A stretch of 64,000 bases of DNA from the NCBI GenBank assembly GCA_044346175.1, contig JBIIZQ010000001.1:17224-81223 (forward strand). Reading direction: 5' to 3'. Below the pieces are notes generated by a model, which searched no databases, had not been told where the DNA came from, and worked only from the letters and a program-made list of their open reading frames with translations. Below, piece by piece: positions 18,872-27,802 of the stretch (position 1 is its first letter; the number at the start of each line of letters is the position of its first letter). The stretch is from Vampirovibrionales bacterium. GTDB lineage: Bacteria > Cyanobacteriota > Vampirovibrionia > Vampirovibrionales > JAJTHC01. Made by a program: the position numbers and the translations under genes.

Positions 18872-20977
18872 ATGATGTGGTTTCGTCAAAAAATTATCTA
18901 TTGGCGCGTTTCGCCTCAGGACTCAGCCCTCAGTATGCCTCTAACCGCTTGGTTAGAAGCCTATCAGCAGGTCGTATTGGAAGAACCTCAGGAACCCTAC
19001 CTCTCTCCTTTGAAAGAGGCATCAAGTCATACGCAGGTAAACAGCTCTACCGACACACATAACCTCTTTGAACCTTGGCAGCTTAAAGCCCAAGTAGCCA
19101 CACTGCACTACCCTATTAACCCTTTAGAGATTGAAGCACAAGTGTTTCATCAACTGGCTCAGGAAGTCGGCATTTATTTGCATCAAGTGACTTCCTTTCG
19201 TGCATTGCTAGAAGCCATGAGCTTACTACAACCCGACTGGGTCATGATTGGCGTAGAAGCCGCCACACTTCGAGAGAGTCATCTGACCTCCCCTGACCTC
19301 TTTGACCCCAACGAAGAAACGAATTTTAAAACTGCTGACCATGGTCTTTCGGCACTCATCCCCCATATTAAAAAAGTCCTCCTACTACAGCAACGCTTAT
19401 GGCTAGAACACCCCCTTTCACTGGGTAGTGGCTCGCCTGAACTCCAAAAAGAGCTGCCTTCAAGAATTCCTCTTTTTGTTTGGCACTTACCGCCTGATGC
19501 CAAAGTACTCTCCCAACAGGAACTTGAATTTGGATTTCAGCCGTTACCCCTTGCCTTGCCTGATATTGCCTCCCCTACAGTCTCCCCCGATGTTAGCACC
19601 TTGTGTGATTTCAACCACACAGAAGTGGAAGAGAAACCTCGTCCTAGTCCTGAAGCATCTGACAGCCCCCCTACAGGTTCTATTGCCTATCATTGGCTTG
19701 TGCTACAACACTTGTTTGATGGTGCTGATGACGTATTGGCACACAGCCTGAGTGAACTAGAAGTCACCATTCGTTTATTGGCCCATAGTCGTAGACTTGT
19801 GGAGTCACAACGATGGCCAGATACCCTCATGCCTGCTGGCAGCGTATTGCAACGTTTTTTACTACGGGAAGTAGCTCAAGCACAACTTGCCATGGCTGAA
19901 TCTTACCAGCAGCAACGGTACAATCCTTTATCATCTCAAGATACTTCCAAGATTGAAACCTCTGAGAGTATTGAAGCCTCCTTTGCACAGGTGGTCTCGA
20001 CCCCACAAGCTTGGATGATACTGTTTAAGATACGAGCTTGGGATACACTCAAGCGCCTTTATGGAAAATCTTTCAGCGATGAAGCAACCTTCCTCACCAC
20101 TCGGATGCTACTGCAAGAAACCCAAGCACATGAGGTGGTTTTCCAACTCACAGAAGATGTGTTTGTATGGTGGGGCAGTGGGAGCCAACGTGCTGAAGCC
20201 GTTGCCGATACCCTCACCCAACAGTGGCGGAGTATCTTACAGCATGAGCTATTCATGCCCTACGGTCAGGAACTCCCCGAGATGCTCGTAGAATCTGTCA
20301 ACCCACAATTAACGCAACGTTTCCCAGCCCCTATCCTAAAAGCGATTGTAGCACCTGTGAGCTGGCGTGGGCATGAACTGTTTCAACTAACCCCCTGTGA
20401 GGAAACATCTGCACATCTTCGTGATACGCTCTCGGAGGAATACCTCCAACGACTCAACTGCGTGACTGGGCTACTGGCTCAAATGCACAGCCAACTCAGT
20501 AGCATATGGCATCACCCTTCTTTACACTGGCTTACCCGCCATGGACAACTTGAAACCCTCGCGCCTTCAGGACAGGCTTTACACAAAAATGGTACACCCA
20601 CTTTAAAAACGGTATGGGTTGGTATGAAAGACCCCACCATGCAGCAACTCATGAGCTTGAGTTTGTCGCTAGAAGGGTGGCATGTGGTAGGCTTGGATGC
20701 CCTCATACAGCGATTTGAAAATACAGGACAATGCCCAACCATTCAAGTGCTACACCAATGGGTACTTGCCGATATGACCGAAGCCTATATGCCTTTTTTG
20801 GAAATGCTCCGATTACACTATCCGCAACTGACCCTTGTCACCTGTGGTACTGAAGTGCTACACAGAGACCGAGCTTTATACCAATTAGGAAGCGAGTTAC
20901 ACGCCACGCATCCTTTTTCACTGCTTGAACTCATGAAATGGGTCGCCCTCCGTTATCCCTCCTCACTGGCAGAGTAG
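18872..20977 (+). CDS. hypothetical protein (701 aa) with degenerate receiver-like segments
   Basis: No clear domain. The C-terminal segment IQVLHQWVLADMTEAYMPFLEMLRLHYPQLTLVTCGTE resembles the alpha3/beta4 region of a response-regulator receiver. A second weaker segment lies around DWVMIGVEAATL. Confidence 0.5.
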   Translation: MMWFRQKIIYWRVSPQDSALSMPLTAWLEAYQQVVLEEPQEPYLSPLKEASSHTQVNSSTDTHNLFEPWQLKAQVATLHYPINPLEIEAQVFHQLAQEVGIYLHQVTSFRALLEAMSLLQPDWVMIGVEAATLRESHLTSPDLFDPNEETNFKTADHGLSALIPHIKKVLLLQQRLWLEHPLSLGSGSPELQKELPSRIPLFVWHLPPDAKVLSQQELEFGFQPLPLALPDIASPTVSPDVSTLCDFNHTEVEEKPRPSPEASDSPPTGSIAYHWLVLQHLFDGADDVLAHSLSELEVTIRLLAHSRRLVESQRWPDTLMPAGSVLQRFLLREVAQAQLAMAESYQQQRYNPLSSQDTSKIETSESIEASFAQVVSTPQAWMILFKIRAWDTLKRLYGKSFSDEATFLTTRMLLQETQAHEVVFQLTEDVFVWWGSGSQRAEAVADTLTQQWRSILQHELFMPYGQELPEMLVESVNPQLTQRFPAPILKAIVAPVSWRGHELFQLTPCEETSAHLRDTLSEEYLQRLNCVTGLLAQMHSQLSSIWHHPSLHWLTRHGQLETLAPSGQALHKNGTPTLKTVWVGMKDPTMQQLMSLSLSLEGWHVVGLDALIQRFENTGQCPTIQVLHQWVLADMTEAYMPFLEMLRLHYPQLTLVTCGTEVLHRDRALYQLGSELHATHPFSLLELMKWVALRYPSSLAE

Positions 20978-21024
20978 CACGTAGCAAAAAGCACGCTTCC
21001 TCAGCTATCTTTTCCCTATCCCTA

Positions 21025-21936
21025 CAGATGATGCCCTCTCCTACACCCCAAACACCCTTAACCCCTGAACATTTAGCCCCTGAGGTTCTAGGGCTATTTC
21101 ATCCAGTGTCCCAACAAGAAGCACGCCCTCTTGTGCAACCTGCCTTTACGTCGTTTAGCTGGCAGCCTCAAAGCCATGCCTCCAGTAAACCTCTTGCAAT
21201 CATTCCCGCACGAGGCGGTAGTAAGCGTATCCCTCGCAAAAATATCAAGCCTTTCTGTGGGAAACCTATGCTTGCCTATACCATTGAGGTTGCCTTAGCC
21301 TGTGGTTGTTTTGAAGAGGTCATGGTCTCTACGGATGACCCTGAAATGGCAACCCTTGCCCAAAGCCTAGGCGCCAAGGTTCCTTTTTATCGAGAAACCA
21401 ACACAGCCCACGATATGGCAATGCTCGCCGATGTGCTAAGTGAGGTTCTTTACACTTATGATACGACCCTACAACGTTATTACCCTCAAGTAGCCTGTTT
21501 ACTACCCACAGCGGGGCCCTTCCTCACGGTAGAACGTTTACAAGAAGGCTACCAGCTTTTAAACCAACCCTATACACAAGAAGCAACACACTATCCTGAT
21601 AGTGTCGTACCCCTTGTCCCTTTTGGATACCCTGTATGGCGTGGGGTTGTACAACCGAATCCGAACACACCTGCTTTTACGATGGCCTGGCCTCAGTTTT
21701 ACAATACACGCTCGCAAGACCTTCCAACCCTGTGGCACGACGCAGCCCAGTTTTACTGGCTACGTACGGAAGCCTTACTTGTACATCAGCAACTGTTTAT
21801 GCCTTGTAGCGTTGGGCTTTACTTGAAGGAGTGGGAAGCTCAAGACATCGACACGCACGACGATTGGCACCGAGCCGAGCTGAAATACCAAACCCTACAA
21901 GCGATGCACCTAGCCCGCACTAGTACCAGTCGATAA
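21025..21936 (+). CDS. CMP-sugar (N-acylneuraminate/pseudaminic-type) cytidylyltransferase, CTP_transf_3 family
   Basis: LAIIPARGGSKRIPRKNIKPFCGKPMLAYTIE matches the NeuA/PseF P-loop. A ~65-aa Pro-rich N-terminal extension is present. The ORF track begins at 20938, overlapping the upstream gene. Confidence 0.65.
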   Translation, partial: QMMPSPTPQTPLTPEHLAPEVLGLFHPVSQQEARPLVQPAFTSFSWQPQSHASSKPLAIIPARGGSKRIPRKNIKPFCGKPMLAYTIEVALACGCFEEVMVSTDDPEMATLAQSLGAKVPFYRETNTAHDMAMLADVLSEVLYTYDTTLQRYYPQVACLLPTAGPFLTVERLQEGYQLLNQPYTQEATHYPDSVVPLVPFGYPVWRGVVQPNPNTPAFTMAWPQFYNTRSQDLPTLWHDAAQFYWLRTEALLVHQQLFMPCSVGLYLKEWEAQDIDTHDDWHRAELKYQTLQAMHLARTSTSR

Positions 21937-22978
21937 TACCATAATCAATATGCTGAATCATGGGTTCACCCGCTTCATCCAGCTTGAGTTGTCCTTGCTC
22001 ATCAAGTTGCACAAAGAGATTCCCTTGGTTTCTGTCCCCCAATACAAACCCAAGATTCTCTTTAAGAAGCTTGTTATAGGCATTCACTGATTTTTGCACT
22101 TTATCACGGTCTGTCTTACTTAAATTTGTATCACGCAAGGGTGTACCTTTTGCTGTATCCATCACTAAATATAACTTTTCAGGCTCCTGTTTTGGAATGA
22201 AATGCCCTTTATAATGCACCAAGTTCTCTCCGAGTTTAAGTTTTTGGGCAAGTTCAGGTTGATGGGTCTCAAAGTCTTTTAAACGTTTTTGAATGATTTG
22301 CATATTCTCAACTTCAGGGGGATGATAACTCCCAAGAACTTTAGTGGTAAATTTAGGAGAAACCTTCACCCCCTGATTAAACTCACCACCAAGATACGTA
22401 TAACCTGAACGCTCTGAAGTAAGTTGCGTAGGCATTTTTGTATCAGGGCGTACTGTGGCGGTTGCTCGTGCTTTTTTCGACATCAAAGCACCTGTTAAAT
22501 CAGCCCCCTGAAGGTCAGCCCCTTCAAAAGAAGTTTGATAAGTTTTACCTCGTTGCATCACATCATTGAGGTTTGCATGAGTCAGGTCTGTGTATTTCAG
22601 ATTGGCATCTTTGAAGGTTGCTCCCCTCAACTCTGCTTTGGAAAGATTCGCACGCTCAAGGTTGGCACCCTCTAAAAGGGTAGCTCGCTCGTGAAGTGCT
22701 AACCCCGAAAGATTCGCACGGGGGGCGTGAATCGTCGGTAATTTGACATTTGGTTTTTGCCGCTGGAGGTCTTTCTGACCTTCCTTAATGTACTGAGCCC
22801 GAGTTAAAATTGCTTGAGCGTCACTAGGGGTTGTAAAACGGGAAATATGCACCCGTCCTACACCGCTTCCTTTCCCTGACAACGCACGGCTGTATTTATG
22901 ATTCATACTGGCAAGGGTAAGATTTCTCCTTGCACCACTATAAACTTTTTGGGCGGCAGATAATACAGATGTAACCAT
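21920..22978 (-). CDS. pentapeptide-repeat protein with conserved C-terminal kinase-like domain (paralog A)
   Basis: A(N/D)LxG-type repeats (ANLSGLALHERATLLEGANLERANLSKAELRGATFKDANLKYTDLTHANLNDV). C-terminal region has GVKV..TK, YLVMDTAKGTPL, GDRNQGNLFV and IQHIDYG. Confidence 0.75.
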   Translation of the reverse strand: MVTSVLSAAQKVYSGARRNLTLASMNHKYSRALSGKGSGVGRVHISRFTTPSDAQAILTRAQYIKEGQKDLQRQKPNVKLPTIHAPRANLSGLALHERATLLEGANLERANLSKAELRGATFKDANLKYTDLTHANLNDVMQRGKTYQTSFEGADLQGADLTGALMSKKARATATVRPDTKMPTQLTSERSGYTYLGGEFNQGVKVSPKFTTKVLGSYHPPEVENMQIIQKRLKDFETHQPELAQKLKLGENLVHYKGHFIPKQEPEKLYLVMDTAKGTPLRDTNLSKTDRDKVQKSVNAYNKLLKENLGFVLGDRNQGNLFVQLDEQGQLKLDEAGEPMIQHIDYGIIDWY

Positions 22979-23007
22979 ATAGAGGGCTTTACACTCTCTT
23001 TCTCTAT

Positions 23008-23103
23008 CTCTCTCTTAAAAAATAGCGATGTCATCGCTTATAACAATCAAACCAACTCTCTCTTAAAAAATAGCGATGTCATCGCTTATAACAATCAAAC
23101 CAA
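23008..23103. repeat. perfect 48-bp tandem duplication (x2) containing a 15-nt palindrome AGCGATGTCATCGCT
   Basis: ctctctcttaaaaaatagcgatgtcatcgcttataacaatcaaaccaa appears twice head-to-tail between the two pentapeptide paralogs. Confidence 0.85.
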
Positions 23104-23143
23104 GAAGGTTTGTCTGATTGCCTCAGGGATGTCTCCTGTTAAC

Positions 23144-24316
23144 CTATCGCCAACTCACTGAGCCATAATCAATGTGTTGAATGAGAGGCTGTCCATCGGC
23201 ACCGAGTTTTACACGTCCTTGCTCGTTGAAGTGTACAAAGATATTACCAGAACTTCTATCCAAAAGCTCAAACCCTAGGTAGTGACTAAAAAAGTCATTA
23301 CGTAGTTGTGCCGCTTCACGAACTTTAGAACGCTCTGAAGGGGTTAAATGGGATAGGGCTTCACTCAAAGGCTGTCCTTGCGCCCTCTCCATAACAACAT
23401 AGTGATGCTCTGGATTTTTGGGGTCAATAAAAGTACCACGATAGTTTACAAGCATACTACGCAGTTCTTTTGCAACGTCTGGATTTGTTTTTTCTAACGT
23501 ACCCAAACGTTCTTCAATGCGTTGCATATGACTTAATTCTGTGGAAGAAGGCGGTAGTCTTTTGGTCACAAGACGCTTACCCACTTTAACACCCAAGTTA
23601 TTCTGACCCACATCATAACCATAACCACTGCGTTCAGGGGTGAAATGCTCAGGAAGTAAAGCGGTCTCTACATTTTTGGCATTTTTAAGTCTTTTCTCAG
23701 CAACCGTGGCTCTAAACAAACTGGCTTGATGTAAATCAGCATCCGTAAAATTGGTTTGATGCAAAATACCTCTTGATAAACGGGCTTGACTTAAATCACT
23801 GCCTTGTAAATCTGCCTGCGTTAAATTGGCTTTAATCATATCAGCACCTTTTAAATTGGCAGCCTTGAGTTTGGCTCCTGTTAAATTAGCTTCATAGGCA
23901 GAAACGGCTTGCAAATTCGCCTCTTCAAAATTGGCACCTCTAAGACTTGTACCAGCTAACTGAGCGGTGGGTAAATGAGCCTGTTTAAGATTAGCACGCT
24001 CTAAAATGGTTGATTTTTCAGGCAGGGTCAATCCTGTTAAGTTTGCCTTGGGTGCATGAATACGAGGCGTGTTTGTCAAACGTCCTGTCTGTTGTGCAAG
24101 CTCCATTTGTTGGTTTTTCAGCTGATGTGCTTGGCGAACAATGGTCTGAGCCTGCTTGGGTTGAATGGTAGGATGAATCCGTATATCTCCTATGCCACTG
24201 CCAACCCCCTCTGCAAAGCGATTAAAAGCCCGTTGCATTTTATTCAATGTGATACGAGTTTTTAAACCACTATTGAGTTTTTGATAAGGTATTTTGGGTA
24301 AGTTGGTGGTAAGCAT
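23144..24316 (-). CDS. pentapeptide-repeat protein with conserved C-terminal kinase-like domain (paralog B)
   Basis: Same architecture as 21920..22978, including a near-identical C-terminal end. Motifs: GVKVGKRLVTK, YVVMERAQGQPL, LDRSSGNIFV and IQHIDYG. Confidence 0.75.
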   Translation of the reverse strand: MLTTNLPKIPYQKLNSGLKTRITLNKMQRAFNRFAEGVGSGIGDIRIHPTIQPKQAQTIVRQAHQLKNQQMELAQQTGRLTNTPRIHAPKANLTGLTLPEKSTILERANLKQAHLPTAQLAGTSLRGANFEEANLQAVSAYEANLTGAKLKAANLKGADMIKANLTQADLQGSDLSQARLSRGILHQTNFTDADLHQASLFRATVAEKRLKNAKNVETALLPEHFTPERSGYGYDVGQNNLGVKVGKRLVTKRLPPSSTELSHMQRIEERLGTLEKTNPDVAKELRSMLVNYRGTFIDPKNPEHHYVVMERAQGQPLSEALSHLTPSERSKVREAAQLRNDFFSHYLGFELLDRSSGNIFVHFNEQGRVKLGADGQPLIQHIDYGSVSWR

Positions 24317-24438
24317 CTTGGGTAATAGAAGTGGTTGTATGCTGCGTGCGAAAAAGGAGAGAAAATAATACTATTTAAGAAAATAAAAACGGTTATTGTG
24401 TAGTATTGCCTTCAAGGAAAAAATACGTTGCGCCATTC

Positions 24439-24465
24439 ACGTCATACCGATGCAAATCGGTATCC
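24439..24465. repeat. family A palindromic repeat copy (cgtcataccgatGCAAatcggtatcca)
   Basis: Same stem and flanks as the copy at 16684. Confidence 0.7.
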
Positions 24466-24526
24466 ATCTTTTGTGCATACGTTGGTTTTTTTGCGGGAAC
24501 CCTCTCCTGCGTTAGGTTTGGGGTCT

Positions 24527-24599
24527 TGTAGGGGACGGTTTGTAACCGTCCCGTCGGTAGGGGGTGTCAGATTGCGGGAGGGTTAGAAACCCTCCCCTA
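24527..24599. repeat. family B GC-rich double hairpin (gtaggggacggttTGTaaccgtcccg ... gggagggttAGAaaccctcccctac)
   Basis: Two 9-bp stems of related sequence enclosed by an outer 7-bp inverted repeat gtagggg/cccctac. Sits immediately after the stop of 24597..25634. Confidence 0.6.
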
Positions 24600-25634
24600 C
24601 AGACAATTTTTCACTTTTACCTGAGAGGCAAGAAAACCACGGAGCCAGTGATAGGTTTCAGACAGCTGATGCCCAGAATGCTCAGGACATAACACTTGCC
24701 AAAAAGAAGTATCCTGATACATCTCACACTGGCTTAAAAGGCTTTGTAAACAGACACGTGTACTGTGTCCCATACACAGGTAATAGGTATACGTTTGCTT
24801 AAAATAGACAACCCACTCAGGGTAAGTTTTATATAGTGTCTCCTGCCATGCAAGCCAAGCTTTAGCACTTTCAGGACTCGTAAGCCATACCACCCGCCAT
24901 GGATGGTGTTTTAAACTCTCGTACCAAGCATGGGCATGGCGTACGGTGAGTGCGTCCATCGTGTAAGGTTCACTACGATATAAGGTTGTCACCTCAGGAG
25001 AGGGAAGATGATGCGTATCGCTGCATTGTATCAATGCCTGTAGGGTTTCATCACGTGCGAGGTCTCCTCGAGGGAGCCACAATCGCACTTGGGCTTGTGG
25101 GTGTGTAAGCGTAGAAAGGTGGTTTTTTGCCCACAAACGAATCCAGCCACCCTGTGCGATACTTTCGGGGGAGTCGTCTTTCCTTGAAGGGGGTACCCAT
25201 GGCTCAGGATGACACAAGGCATGTAATTGATGCGTTTGAAGATACAAGCTTTGCCAACGGCGAGAGGTACTCTCGCCAATACATGCCACCCGCCACAACA
25301 ATGACTCGGGTACGGGAGAGGGTGTACTTAAACGATTAGCGTGTGTTAACCAATAACACAATGCTTGATGGGCATACAATGCCACATTAGGGCTGGCTAA
25401 AAAGAACCAATAATACTCAAGACCTAAGCCACCCCATTGAGAGGAGGGTTTCGGTAACAAACCCCGTAAAGGAGGTATATTTTGAATATCAAGAGGATAT
25501 ATTTTTCTTGGATAAACCCATACAGTGGACGCATCAGGATGTCCGCACTGTTGTAGGGTGGTATGCCATCGTTCCGTTTGTGCATCGTCTGGTCGTATAA
25601 GCCAAAGCCAAGGTGTGCCTTCATAAGAAAACAT
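24597..25634 (-). CDS. hypothetical protein; weak resemblance to uroporphyrinogen-III synthase (HemD) family
   Basis: Segments VACIGESTSRRW, LWLPRGDLARDETLQALIQ and VVWLTSPESAKAW loosely match HemD half-domains. Low confidence. Confidence 0.35.
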   Translation of the reverse strand: MFSYEGTPWLWLIRPDDAQTERWHTTLQQCGHPDASTVWVYPRKIYPLDIQNIPPLRGLLPKPSSQWGGLGLEYYWFFLASPNVALYAHQALCYWLTHANRLSTPSPVPESLLWRVACIGESTSRRWQSLYLQTHQLHALCHPEPWVPPSRKDDSPESIAQGGWIRLWAKNHLSTLTHPQAQVRLWLPRGDLARDETLQALIQCSDTHHLPSPEVTTLYRSEPYTMDALTVRHAHAWYESLKHHPWRVVWLTSPESAKAWLAWQETLYKTYPEWVVYFKQTYTYYLCMGHSTRVCLQSLLSQCEMYQDTSFWQVLCPEHSGHQLSETYHWLRGFLASQVKVKNCL

Positions 25635-25905
25635 AACGGTTGCTCTTTAAAACGTCTTTTTCTGATATGGAAATCACACTAGGTTTCATGATACACTAAA
25701 AGTGTATTTTTATGGGGTTAAAGTCATAAACAGGTATACTATCACCTGTCTTTTTCAACAGCATCAACCTTTCCAACCAATTTCAACAGATTTTCGTACA
25801 CTTCGATACAACCACGGCACATAAGAATTGCTCTTTGTGCGGAGGGGGTACTTGTATCTCTTTCCTTTTCTGAACTTTCTTTTACATCGTGAAGGTCATT
25901 CTGCT

Positions 25906-27426
25906 ATGGTATCACTTGCTTTACAACCTTACCCTCTCCACACGCTTCGTCCTGCAACGACCCCAACACAACGTGTTGTAAAAACGGACTTTGATGAGTC
26001 CGTCACGCAACGTCAAGAAGTGACGATAGAAGGCAAAACAAAAACCCAGAGTATTATCCCCTTTGCCACCGTAGAAGCTACAAAACAACTTCCTGATAAC
26101 ACGAGTTTTATTGTCAGTACGAGCCGTCCACTTGCCAGCTTAAAGAAAGTCGCAGGACAACTCGACAAAACCTCGCCTGGTGCCTTAGATGCCATGAAAC
26201 CCATGGATGCTCTCCTTGTAGGCACAGGTGCCCAGCTGTTTATCAATCAAGTAGGACCTGAAAAAAAGCATCTTCCCAATAGTGAGTTTATCAAGAGGCT
26301 TTCTTACGCTTACCCAGGGGAGCATCATGAATTGATTACCCCTTCCAAGACGTATCAAAAATTACTGACATGGTGTAATAACCAAAAAGCGAAGGAGCTT
26401 GGACTTCCTCCCGTCACGGATTGGGACAATACCAAAGCATTTCTGGCCATGACACGCTACCTTAAAGCAAAAGGCTATGAACCACTGAAGACCCCTTTTC
26501 ACATTGACCGCAGAACCGATATTACCGCACCTAAAGAAATATGGGTCAAAAGCTTCTCAAACAACGCCCCTCTTGCAAAAGACCCCAACCATAAAACCAT
26601 CTTACCTAAAGGACACCCTGATAAAACCACGATTGGGATTTTTCTTCGTAGTGACAATGACATAGAAGATGCCCAAGGGAAACCCATTCCTGGTAAAACA
26701 ACCCACGATGCCGACTCTACGATTTTAGTGGCTCCTCTTGCCTATTTGAGTTCGGAGCATCATGACGAAAAATATTACCAGCCATGGCAACTGCAACAAG
26801 TTCAAAAAGACCTCTACACGGCTTACTTACAAGAGGTGCGTGCAAAGGACTATCCTCTTTCAACAGGGATTGCCAATGATAAGGTCAGCATGCCTAAAGA
26901 GAAAAACGCTCAAGAAGCCGCACTCTATGAATTAAGAGATGCCACTAAAACCCAAGACCGTGCCTACCTTGAAATGGGTCCCAGTAGCAAGGAAGCCGCC
27001 CTGTCTATGTCACTGAGTGTATTACATCAAGATTATCATCGCAGTACAAACCGTCCTTCAGTGGAAAAAGTCGTCACACTAGGAGATGGTAACAATGATA
27101 TTGGCATGCTAACCGCCGACAAAGTGACACTCTATAAACCCACCACCAAAGATGCAAGCGCTTGGGAACCCCTCTCCAAGCATCCTCTTGAGGTGTACGG
27201 TGTCGCCCTAGGACATAACGCCAAGGTACTCAAAACGCTCACACAAAAGCAATATGAAGCCCTTGCCCAAAAAGGGAAATTTATCCATAGCGTTCAAGGA
27301 GAACTCCCTGAGGTATTGAAAGAATCCTCAGCTCAAATCGTCCAAGTACCTCATGATGATGCTGGCAGCCATAGCGAATGGGCAGCTGGTATTCAAACCA
27401 TGAAAGCACTCAATATTCTGGGTTAA
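25906..27426 (+). CDS. HAD-IIB (Cof/SPP-like) phosphatase with large insertion, paralog 1
   Basis: Motif I TDFDESV (degenerate DxDxT), motif II FIVSTSR, motif IV VTLGDGNNDIGML. A ~250-aa insertion sits between motifs II and III. The ORF track begins at 25828. Confidence 0.6.
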   Translation: MVSLALQPYPLHTLRPATTPTQRVVKTDFDESVTQRQEVTIEGKTKTQSIIPFATVEATKQLPDNTSFIVSTSRPLASLKKVAGQLDKTSPGALDAMKPMDALLVGTGAQLFINQVGPEKKHLPNSEFIKRLSYAYPGEHHELITPSKTYQKLLTWCNNQKAKELGLPPVTDWDNTKAFLAMTRYLKAKGYEPLKTPFHIDRRTDITAPKEIWVKSFSNNAPLAKDPNHKTILPKGHPDKTTIGIFLRSDNDIEDAQGKPIPGKTTHDADSTILVAPLAYLSSEHHDEKYYQPWQLQQVQKDLYTAYLQEVRAKDYPLSTGIANDKVSMPKEKNAQEAALYELRDATKTQDRAYLEMGPSSKEAALSMSLSVLHQDYHRSTNRPSVEKVVTLGDGNNDIGMLTADKVTLYKPTTKDASAWEPLSKHPLEVYGVALGHNAKVLKTLTQKQYEALAQKGKFIHSVQGELPEVLKESSAQIVQVPHDDAGSHSEWAAGIQTMKALNILG

Positions 27427-27564
27427 TGCTTCGTTTTGTAACACACGCCCAAATACTTGTGCTGCAAGTGCTACAATAAACGCTAGGGGTGTGGACATTT
27501 GCTTGAGCCATAAGATAAATACCCACCAGTTGTACCAACCGCACTGGTGATACTAAGCTCCTCC

Positions 27565-27591
27565 CGTCATACCGACGTAAGTCAGTATCCA
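27565..27591. repeat. family A palindromic repeat copy, degenerate (cgtcataccgaCGTAAGtcagtatcca)
   Basis: Same flanks with one stem mismatch. Lies between the HAD paralogs. Confidence 0.6.
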
Positions 27592-27802
27592 CCTCCCACA
27601 ACTTACGTGAATGTCCATACAACCTATTACCCACACACCACAGCAACAAAAGGTTCCTACAAAGTAAAAGAGGGATGTTTGTTTCTTTGTGTGTGGGTCG
27701 TATACTATCCATACTTACATACCTTACCATAGTCATCATGACCATAGTCATTATTCACCCTTCTTAAAGCTCACCCTTATTACATTACAGATAAACACAT
27801 TC

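Noticed and set aside
23008-23103. The two-unit direct repeat could be read as a mini CRISPR array.
   Set aside because: There are only two identical 48-bp units, directly abutting with no spacers, and no cas genes in the window. It is better explained as a tandem duplication of a palindromic regulatory or terminator site.
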